62,435 nt of DNA, taken from positions 5,575,451 through 5,637,885 of the forward strand of contig NC_068981.1 in assembly GCF_001194135.2 (NCBI RefSeq), given 5' to 3'. The notes below the pieces were generated by a model. The model did no database searches. It was not told the origin of the DNA and saw only the letters and a program-made list of their open reading frames with translations. Shown here piece after piece: positions 51,970 through 62,435 of this stretch. The stretch's first letter is position 1. Each line of letters starts with the position of its first letter. The stretch is from Octopus bimaculoides. Taxonomy: Eukaryota. The translations under genes were made by a program, and so were the position numbers.

Positions 51970-53254
51970 TATGTACATATGTGATGATTGGAGATGATCA
52001 TCAACCATCCTATAAATGATGTTGTTTGATTCCAGTCATCTGTGGGGGAAATTATTACCTTCCTTGGGAAACAGGTGAGGGTTGGTGGCAAGAAGGGCAT
52101 TTTGTTGTAGAAAAATGTGTCTCAAAGAATTCCCTCTGACTCTTGTAAATATGTAAAAATGGACGTTAAAATGCTGACTGTGTGGTTTAACTTCATTTTG
52201 GCTATTTCTACTCTGAGCATGAGTTAACCACTTTGTATGAAACAAATTTGGGTTAAATATCCTTAAACCTGCTGGCAAACATCGAGATTTCTACTTAAAT
52301 ATATTTTATGCTACTCTGAATGATATAAATATCAAAGAGATACTGAAACATCTACAACAATAGCCATCTGTTTATCATATTTAATGTAGACACACTATTG
52401 ATAGGCCAGTTAGTGCAGTGTGTCCCGAGGTAACATCTATTACACATGTGATGTGTTAAAAATTCAAATATCAAAGAGAGATAAAAATTTGTCCTAGCAA
52501 ATGTCACCAAGAGCCTGCACCAGACTTCTGTGCCTGTTTTGGCAGGATTTTTACAGCTGGATGCCCTTCCTAACACCAACCACTCAGCAGAGTGGACTCA
52601 GTGCATTTACTATGGCACAAGCACAGGAGAGGTCAGTTTCGGCAAGGTTTTTACAGCTGGTTGCCCTTCCTAACACCAATCACTTTACAATGTGGACTGA
52701 ATGCTTTTTAAGTGGCACCCGAACTGACAGGGTCACCAAGTACTTGCAAGACAAAAAAAAACAAAAGAAAAACCTCTTTTGAGAGGGGAGGAGGCATTGG
52801 AGGAGGTGATCTTGTGTCAGGTGATGAAAGGTTAGAAAGAAACAGAGAGACAGAAACAAGGTTACCTGGCTCGGGGGTTGGGGGAAGGAGGGAGATCAGA
52901 AATGAAGATAGAATCAGGTGCAATGCTGCAAAGGAAATGCATGGTTACCCAACCCGAGTGAAGGGCAGGAGGAGACAGAGACAGAGAGAGGGAGGGAGAC
53001 AACAGGATAAAGATGGTGGCAAAATGCTGGGCATATGTAATGTTACAGTGAGACAGGGCATGGGTGGAACATGCAGGTTGGAAGCTAGTGGATGGCAATG
53101 ATACAGTGGCACGGGGCCAAAGAGGGCAGGATTGGGGAGTGGGAGGTAAGCCTAGTGCATGAAGCGGAGATGTGAGGAAGAGAAGAGATGTAGTTTGGTT
53201 TGTTGTGGTGGAGTGTGCGAGAAGTTTTCTTGTTAAGGGTAGGTGGGACACTCA

Positions 53255-54235
53255 GTGCTTCTAGAACTCAAGGCCCAACATCCTGAGATCGGTCCTTACC
53301 ACTTCATCCCACTTCTTTCTGGGTTTCCCTCTTCCATGGATACCATTTACTTTCAGTGATCGGCACTTCTTTATGCAGCTGTCCTCATTCATACACATCA
53401 CATCTCCAAACCAATGTAGTCTTCTCTCTTGCATGCTACATTTGATTCCTCTTATGCCCAACTTTTCTTTCAATACATTTGCACTTTTATCATACATGCA
53501 CACTGATGTTGCACATCCAACGGAGCATACTACCTTCATTTCTCTCCAGTCTGCACATCATCTGCATTCAGAGCCCATATCTCACTAACAATGGCATATA
53601 GCTGTTCACTCACAAGCATCATATAGTCTACCTTTCACTCAGAGAGAGTCCTTTTGTTGCCAACAGAGATAATAGCTCTTTGAACTTCCTCCACCCAATT
53701 CTTATTCTAGAAACAATACTTTCAGAAAATCCTCCACTATGGCTAATTTGGTCACCTAGGTAACAGAAAAACTATCTACAACCTCAAGAGAGCCTCCTGG
53801 GTATTTGAGAGAATCTAAATCCTACGTGTTCTTAATGCGTATTGTTCCTGCACACCTGCCACATATAAAGACAACTTTAACTGTTAATCTACCTGTGATT
53901 CCACTGCACCTCTTATGTATCCATAGTTTACACAGGGTGCAGCGAATAGAATTTCTTCCCACTCCTTTCCTACATATGGAGCAGGGCCATTTACCTGACA
54001 GAAAGAGAGTTTTACTAACAACAACTTTGATTTTTGCTAGGTTAACTTTAAGGCCCTTTGATTCCAGGTTTTGTTTCCATACCTGGAATTTCTTCTCCAA
54101 TTCTGCTAAAGATTCTGCAATAAGAGCAAGGTCATCAGCATATAGCAGTTCCCATGGACACCCAGTTTTGAATTCCTGTTATGGTCTAGAGGACTATAAC
54201 AAATAAGAGTGGGTTGAGAACTGAGCCCTGGGGCC
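53255..54235 (-). mobile_element. RTE LINE ORF2 (RT C-terminal part with PHD-like Cys/His finger)
   Basis: LLYADDL, EKKFQVWKQNLESKGLKVN, CSICRKGVGRNSIRCTLCKLWIHKRC, RRLHWFGDV. Confidence 0.88.
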
Positions 54236-55562
54236 TTTTCAATGGTATGTAATTGTAGTCAGTCACATGTTCAGATGAGACCTCATTGACTCTGATATAG
54301 GGAAAAGTGAATAAAACATTCACAGCTGCCCAGCTGAATAAAACATTCAGTATGTGCAATTGGTTGAGTATTTAATTATAATAGCCATCTATGTATCATA
54401 CCCAATGTATGCAAACTGTTGACAGGCCAGTTACTGCAGTATTTATCCTGGGATAACATGTCTTATCGACTTGCTGAGTTAAAAACAGAATAATTCACCT
54501 CAGCAGTGTCCAATAAGAGCACCAGAAGCATTTTCATCTATTTATAATAATGCCTTGAATATAGCACAACAATAAAAGATGTCTCTAAATATTGCAGTAA
54601 CTGGCCAATTGACATTAAGTATGATATGCACATACGTGATGGGCTTCTTTCAGTTTCTATTGACGAAATCCACTGACAAGGCTTTGGTATAGAAGAAAAC
54701 ACTAGCCCAAGGCAGCATGCAGTGGGACCGAACCAAAAGCCATGTGGTTGGGAAGCAAACTTTTTAACCATACAGCTACACTTATGCTTTATTCTCAGTC
54801 TGAGATTCCAGGAACAATTTGGAAAAAAAAAACAACAACATAAAAACAGATATGCGATAGAAAAGATAAGCAAAAAAAAAAAAAAGACTAGAATGATATT
54901 GTTTTGTTTTTTGTGTTGAACATGTGAACTCTTTTATTTGTATGATGCAGAAAGGAGAGAGAGAAAGAGTCTGAGAGGCAGAACAAAGAAGTGGCCAGCA
55001 ATGCTGGAAGAGAACAAAACATACCAAAAGAAAAAAAGAAAAAAAAAGCAACAACATGAACCTTGGTGAAACTGATTCAGTCAATGACAAGAATGGTACC
55101 ATAAAACAGTAAACACTGAAATATGGATGTCTGGAATCATTAAATTATATAAAAAACATTTAACAATAACACACACACACACACACACTAGAATATATGG
55201 GGGATCGTTATTATTATAGAATGTTTTTGTCCAACCCATGCCAGCATAGAAAAGGGAAGCTAAACCATTCTGTCATCTCAAAAGTGAATGACATTTGAAA
55301 TTTCTTCATCTAAAGATGCATATATTCTATCTTTTCTACTCTAGGCACAAGGTCCGAAATTTTTTGGGAGGTGGCCAGTCGATTAGATCTACCCCAGTAC
55401 ACAACTGGTACTTAATTTATCGACCCCAAAAGGATAAAAGGCAAACTCAGAACATAAATACAGATGAAATACCACTAAGCATTTTGCCCAGCGTGCTAAT
55501 GTTTCTGCCAGCTCCCCCACCCCCGCCTTATGCATATATTCTATCTACCTACCTATCTACTG

Positions 55563-55601
<39 letters not shown>

Positions 55602-56964
55602 TACATACATACATACATGTACACACATGCATCATCCTTCAATGTTTGTTTTCAATGCTGGCATGGACTGAACAGTTCGACAGGAATTGGTCAGCTGAAA
55701 AGCTGCTCAGGGTCCATGTAAGTTCTGGAATGGTTTCTATGGCTGGATACTTTTATACAGCACTGGCATGGGTACCGATATGGGTGCTTTTTATGTGGCA
55801 CCAGCATCTGAGCCCACAAGATTAGAAATGCTCAGCTGAAGAGGGATACTGGGGACAAGCCTGTATGCAAAGAGAGCCTTGCTCTTACTTAGCTTGGTCC
55901 CTTGTCATCCCCTATGTGAGGCCCAACATCTAAAGATCCTTTCTCACCAATGTCTACACACACACACACGCACAATAGACTTCTCATTAGTTTACGTCCA
56001 CCATTTCAATGGACCAAAGGTACAGTCAATGGCAGACACCTACCCAAGGCGCCATACAGTTGAACCAAACCCTGAACCCCATGGCTGTGAGGTGAACTTC
56101 ATTCTCTCCTCAGTCATGTCTGCATCCAGACGAGAAAGTTTCTTAACGTCCACACCCCATATTCCAATCATTCAAGTTTAAGTCTGCATTACACACCACG
56201 CCCCTGCCCTTGTTTAGGAAAGAGCAACATGATCTCTTTACAACACATTATATCAGTTACACCCAACAAATTCCCAATCAGGTTACCAAATAACAAGACA
56301 AGTAACAAGTGAGGGAGTCAGTCATCATTGTCTTTCTTTTATCTTTCTTGTGTTTCTTCAAATTCTTCCAAGGTTGACTTTGCCTTTTGTCCTTCCAAGG
56401 TTGACTAAATAAGTACCAGTTATGCACTGAGGTCAATGTACTGGACTTAACCCTTCCCCCAACTTGCTAGCCTTGTGCCAAATTTTGAAACCATTCTTAT
56501 TAGTGTAGTGGCTTGGCAGAATTGTGATTCAGGGACAGCCACACCAACCACTGAGTGTTGGTTTCCATTGACGATATTGGTAACGGCTTATTCATACAAC
56601 AACAATGAGAAAATACACAATTGATATATGACAATGAACCAGCTTAGTTTAGATTTAGTGAGCAAAATTTGAAGAAAAAAACATTTCTCAATCCAAATAC
56701 TTTTCATACTAAATCAGAAAGACCTTGAATGTTTTACATTTGTTCATAGCTGGAAAAAGAGACAGATTGAAAATAATACTATCAGATATCAAAGTAACAT
56801 TATAACGAACAATGACAATGTACGACCAGCACGTCTAGCCTCGTCATTCATGACACTCAACAGCATATTTTTTTTTAAGGAATGGAGTCTTATATCTTCA
56901 ATAGCAAAAGCAAGATAGAATCAAACCACTGCACATAAATACAAGGTGCTTCATTTTGTTTGTA

Positions 56965-57230
56965 GTCCTTGTGTGGGTGGCACATAAAAGACACCATTTC
57001 GAACGTGACCGTTGCCAGTATCGCCTGACTGGCCTTCGTGCAGGTGACACGTAAAAGCACCTACTACACTCTCTGAGTGGTTGGCGTTAGGAAGGGCATC
57101 CAGCTGTAGAAACTCTGCCAAATTTAGATTGGAGTATGGTGTAGCCACCCGGTTTCACCAGTCCTCAGTCAAGTCGTCCAACCCATGCTAGCATGGAAAG
57201 CGGACGTTAAACGACGATGATGATGATGAT
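56965..57230 (+). mobile_element. young RTE 3'-end derived repeat
   Basis: Family consensus with (GAT)n tail. Confidence 0.85.
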
Positions 57231-58137
57231 GTATGAATTTAGAAAAAAACAAAAAAAAAAAAAAGCAAAAACGCATAGCTCATTAAAGGAAAGCTGTATT
57301 TGAAAACAAATTGGTCCAAATAATCTTGAGAATCCGTTAATCATACTTATCCAATAAACCCATTGTTAGCATCAATGGCTGCTCAATATAGGGGTGGAAA
57401 CACTGATATGCTTGAATCAGATGATCGTTATCAATTTTGGACATAGTGCTGGTTATGGTGGACTTGAGAGACTGTACGGTGTTATGGGGGGGGGTGTTAA
57501 TTGACCTCTCCTCTTGACTATGCCCCATACGTAACAGTCCAGCACACTGAAGTGAGCTAGGACACTATGTGTCTGGGAGCACATGATCCTGGAGATTGGT
57601 AGACATCTATGCTTGGGCTCTCCTAGCTTCAAGAGATGGTGCAGAATCTTGTTGGAAGATGTACGGTTATTGTTTTAACGTCTACTTTTCCATACCAAAC
57701 ATGGGTCAGACAACATTCACTGAAGCAGGTTTTCTATGGTCAGGTGCCTTTCCAAATTGCCAACAATTACCCGTTACCAAGCAAGTTAATATTTTCCTTG
57801 AGTCTAGGCATGTTTTCTAGATTTCAAACAGGCATTACTAGCTGGACGATAGTGAAGTTTCTGTGCAATTAGAATATAATGCCAAGACAAGGTCACACAC
57901 ACACACAATGGGCTTCTTTCCAGTTTCCATCTACTAAATTCACTCACAAATCTTTGGTTGGCCCAAGGCTATGGTGGTAGACACTTATGCAATGTGATGT
58001 GTAGTGGGACTACTGTCAGGTTGCTCTAAGATGGTTGGGTCATTGGTGGCTAAACTGGTAACCTCACCAAGCTTGCTTGGTGAAGAGGGTGATGTATTGG
58101 ACAGCCTGTGGGAGAAAAAGTATTTAAAAAAAAACCC

Positions 58138-58492
58138 GCTCTATATTTAAGAGAAGAGGAATTATGTACATTATTTACATTTGACGGATATTTGTCCTCA
58201 TCTTGTTTGTTGTTAGCACAACGTTTCGGCTGATATACCCTCCAGCCTTCATCAGGTGTCTTGGAGAAATTTTTGAACCTGGATTCTCATTCCTAAGGTA
58301 TTTTTCAATGTTATTATTATTATCATTATTATTATTCAGGCCACTGCTTTGAATCGAACTCGGAATCTTGGGGTTAATAGCCCGCGCTCTTAACCACTAC
58401 GCCATATGACCTGATGCAGGCTGGAGGGTAAATCAGCTGAAACGTTAACAACAAACAAGATGAGGACAAATATCCATCAAATGTAAATAATA
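58138..58492. mobile_element. HHR-SINE foldback, locus 7
   Basis: TSD T(A)9CCC at 58125-58137 and T(A)10CCC at 58493-58506; minus-strand HHR core intact at 58215-58260; left arm carries the head. Confidence 0.88.
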
Positions 58493-60757
58493 TAAAAAAA
58501 AAACCCATCAAAGATTGGAGGAAGTCAAGAGAGTCAACAGTCATCCAATAAAGTGTGAAAGCATGTGGCATAGTGGTTAGGGTGTTGCACCCATGATCAC
58601 ATGATCATGGTTTCAATTTCTAGACCGAGCTGTATGTTGTGCTCTTGAGCAAGACCTTTCATTTCCTGTTAATCCAGTCCACTCAGCTGTAGATGGGTCA
58701 CCTTGAGACAGATTGGTGTACAAGGGTGAGAGGGTGGCCCAGNNNNNNNNNNNNNNNNNNNNNNNNNNNNNNNNNNNNNNNNNNNNNNNNNNNNNNNNNN
58801 NNNNNNNNNNNNNNNNNNNNNNNNNNNNNNNNNNNNNNNNNNNNNNNNNNNNNNNNNNNNNNNNNNNNNNNNNNNNNNNNNNNNNNNNNNNNNNNNNNNN
58901 NNNNNNNNNNNNNNNNNNNNNNNNNNNNNNNNNNNNNNNNNNNNNNNNNNNNNNNNNNNNNNNNNNNNNNNNNNNNNNNNNNNNNNNNNNNNNNNATATA
59001 TATATTATGGGTTTTAAGCTAATATTTTGGTGGAGGTGCAGGGCTTAGTGGTGAGGGTACTGGACTTAGGATTGTAAGATTGTGGTCTGTAGTACAAATG
59101 TCTTGTTTTCAAAAGTTCTGAATTAAAATCTTCTACAAACCTTAGTTACAATTTATGTTCCTAACACTAGCTTAATGATAACTAAGTTATTTTACTAAAT
59201 TCTTTGTTATATTTAAAATTAATTGAAAGAAACACAGAGCATCTCAACAGAAATACGGATATGAAAGGGTTAAACTATATTCCATCACAGATTGTAGAAA
59301 ATTCACAAAGGCAATGACCAAGACCTTTGGTATTATGTTGTGCTTGAGAAGACCCATCAAACTGAGCAAAATGGCAGTCGTGGCAGATACCAGTGTCATG
59401 CAAATTGGCACCTGTGCTCGTGGTACAAAAACACAGCCCGGTGTCATGCCAGTGGCACATAAAAGCACCCATTACACCCTCAGAATGGTTGGTGTTAGGA
59501 AGGACATCCAGCCATAGAAACCTTGCCAAAACAGACATGGTGTGGATCTTGGCCTTGCCAGCTTCTGCCAAACTATCCAACCCATGCCAGCATGGAAAAT
59601 GGATGTTAAATGGTAATAATTGTGGAAGCTATTGAGAATTTTAGGGTGAAATTTGTTCTAAAGTAAAAACTATCAATCTGTGTGTTTGAGAGAGAGGGGG
59701 GGGGGGGGAATGACATTTTGAAATTAGTCTTCAAAATGTTACTATGGTAACCTTTTTGAAGATACAGTTGCACCAAGATCTCTCAATTTATGGAATCTAC
59801 AGAAAGATTTACAACAGAAAAGTTTAGCAGTTTTTTGTCTTCTCTGCCTTTATCAGTTGTCTAATTTAAAGCAACTCATCAAATAAACAGAGTATAATTT
59901 ATTGAGTAAACACACATATACACAATGTAGTTTATCAAAAGCCACACATTTTCATATACATTTCAAATATTCCCCATGGAAAAGAAAAATGAAACCCAAC
60001 ACATGTTTTAGAGAGAGAAATGTATTTTAAAACAGCTGCAGTGTGTATATGTAAGTTTTATCTTATAAACACTCTTAGCACATACACAAACATACAGAGC
60101 AAATATATACAAAACAACCAGTCCACCACCAAAAATTCTCCTCATTCTGTTGGGTTGAAAACTTTATGATTGGCACCATCAACAATGTCACAATAAAAGT
60201 TAAATTTGGTGAAATGGCATGGCGCTACATAAACGCATCTGTACAGTACCATGCAAAAGTGACGTCACACAAAAGCACCTGTGCAGCATCATGTAAAAGT
60301 GCCCTTGTGGTGTCACGGCAAAGCACTCATATGATGTCACTTAAAAGTGCCTGTGATGTGCCACGTAAAAGCACCCAGCACACTCTGTAAAGTGGTTGGC
60401 GTTAGGAAGGGCATCCAGCCGTAGAAACTATGCCAAAACAGACTGGAGTCTGGTGCAGCTCCCCAGCGTGCCAGCTCTGGTCACACTGTTCAAGCCATGC
60501 CAGCATGGACGATGGATATTAAATGATGATGATGAAATGAAGGTGGGTAGATGTGTACTGCATACATGAAATAAGATGGTGGGAAGACCCAGTCAGATTC
60601 TTCAAAGTACAGACTCTAGGTAGGTAACAGTGCTAGAGCAGGCATATTTTTGCAGAGAAATGGCTGAAGCAATTGTAGTCAAAGGCGGTGAGAAAATAAT
60701 TCAGTGTTGGCAGACAACATGGCAACAATAGTGATCTCTGTATAAGCACCACATTAA

Positions 60758-60961
60758 CCCTTTTGATACCAATCTGCCTGAAACTGCCCTTGATTCTATA
60801 TAGAAACTCCATCTTAATTTAATTCTATCAAAATTTCATGCTAATTTGTTCTAGATACCAGCTTAACAACAACAAAGGCATTTTAATAAATTACTTATTG
60901 TTTTCAAAATTAATTCATACAAAAACTAAGTATTTCAATAGGAATAGAGTAACAAAATGGT
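60758..60961. mobile_element. possible piggyBac-type MITE
   Basis: TTAA-CCCTTT ... AAATGGT-TTAA; related TTAACCCTT/AAGGGTTAA ends at ~24358, ~38846 and ~59265. Confidence 0.4.
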
Positions 60962-62102
60962 TTAAATGATTGACAGATGAGTAAAAAACTTGTTTCAATC
61001 CGGTTGTCTTGTAGATTACCCAGATAATAAAATGACAGCAACCTTGTTATCACAACAACCGACTGGTGTAATATTTCCATCAAGCTTTGCTCTTCTTACA
61101 TTTATTCAAACCCCAAAGAATCCCTTTCAACACATGGCTATGATGCCCCCCCCCCACTACTCCTGCTCGTGATCAGAGATGCACATATTGTCAGCCACCA
61201 AGGGTCATACTCAAGTGGTTAAGGTCAAGCAACTGACCAGCAAATCTATGGCATTGAGCAGAATATTTGCTATAACGATATTTCTGCTTCAGCAACTCAG
61301 CGCTGAATCTGTCTGAAACGTAATGGAAAATAAGTCAGTTTCAAAACATTGATGTCTAGGTGACAAAAACAATGTTTGAAGGGAATAGTAGTCATTTCCT
61401 TTGATTTCTAGATAAAAGCAAATAGGGAATAACCCTTACTGACCAGAAGACAAAAAAAAATAAAATTGTTACAAAGTTTTATATTTATTCTTGAGAGAGA
61501 AAAAAGATTCTCCTTACACAGACAACAACAGTGATTCAGACAATCAAACTGGTGGAATGTAGCAATTCAGTTGAACAAATACAGTCATTAAGAGACAGGC
61601 CTATTATTGTTGTCCTCCTGAATGTTTTTTGTGATTCCGTCCATTAGTGTGCTTGTAATTGTTACTCTTCAGCTGTGAATGCAAATATTTATTTTGTTTT
61701 TGCTTAGGAGCCCAAGTGGAGAGTAAAGTTAGACACAGGTGGTCCAGGTTTGAAAGAGTTAACGAGATGAACAGCAACAGCTAAACAAACCATTAGCAGA
61801 GAATCCATAAGACGACAGTGGTTGAGTTAGTGAAAATATCTGGCGAAGTAGGTCAGACATATTGTCACGTGACTAGTCAATGCTTGCCATCACGTCAACT
61901 GCTTCAAGGATGAAGGAAACACTCTGGAGACAAGAAGCAACTATTGAGACACCAACCGAATAGACCAAGTTAGGCAAGAGACAGAAAGAGTTACAGCACA
62001 ATTAATTAGGAAGGAAATTAGCTGAGATGAGATGTAGTTTAGGTTTCTGATGGGACAGTGTTTCATTAATGCCCTCTCCCTAGTGTTATCTGGCTGACAC
62101 TA

Positions 62103-62153
<51 letters not shown>

Positions 62154-62156
<3 letters not shown>

Positions 62157-62435
62157 GGGGATATAGCATCATACAACGTGGAAGACAATTGGAGATTTCT
62201 GCGGGACAACCTGTTGAGAGCCACAGACCAGATCTGTGGCTGGTGTAAAGTCCCCTCTCGACCCAGAGTAACGTGGTGGTGGAACAAGGATGTAGACGGG
62301 GCTATTAGACAAAAGAAACAGGCTTGGAAGGACTGGAAGAACGGTGGTAGCAGGGAATTGTACCAATCTGCCAGAAGGGAAGCTAGGCGACAGGTTTATT
62401 TAGCCAGAGGGGAAGCAGATAAGAAAAGATTTGCC
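62154..62435 (+). mobile_element. young RTE LINE ORF2 segment, running off the window end
   Basis: 94 uninterrupted codons (EGDIASYNVEDNWRFLRDNLLRATDQICGWCK...RVTWWWNK...), homologous to the degenerate copy at 20544-20783. Confidence 0.85.

Noticed and set aside
56820-56870. MNDEARRAG... as SLC35A2 exon 1
   Set aside because: No credible phase-1 donor.

Overview
AT-rich, microsatellite-dense metazoan genomic window with eight N-gaps. The repeat families (tRNA-SINEs, RTE 3' ends with (GAT)n tails) look like those I associate with Octopus; this taxon call is inferred. One protein-coding gene is securely recognisable: a UDP-galactose transporter (SLC35A2/Ugalt-like) on the minus strand, with coding exons 48865-48531 and 38791-38174. 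Its 5' exon was not found. The rest is mostly TE debris: a Penelope-like element with a GIY-YIG domain, CR1/L2 and RTE LINE fragments, DD37D maT and Tigger remnants, MITEs and SINEs. The main discovery is an abundance of minimal type I hammerhead ribozyme (HHR) motifs from at least five unrelated sequence families. One family is a tRNA-headed SINE (Pol III A/B boxes) carrying an internal HHR. It occurs seven times, always as a head-to-head inverted pair bracketed by a single 8-13 bp TSD, which suggests a Penelope-mobilised, ribozyme-bearing SINE. Also notable: a 112-bp copy of an SLC35A2 exon segment pasted into a dead RTE LINE 2.6 kb away, and an inverted 56-bp duplication shaped like a 42-nt exon with both splice sites.
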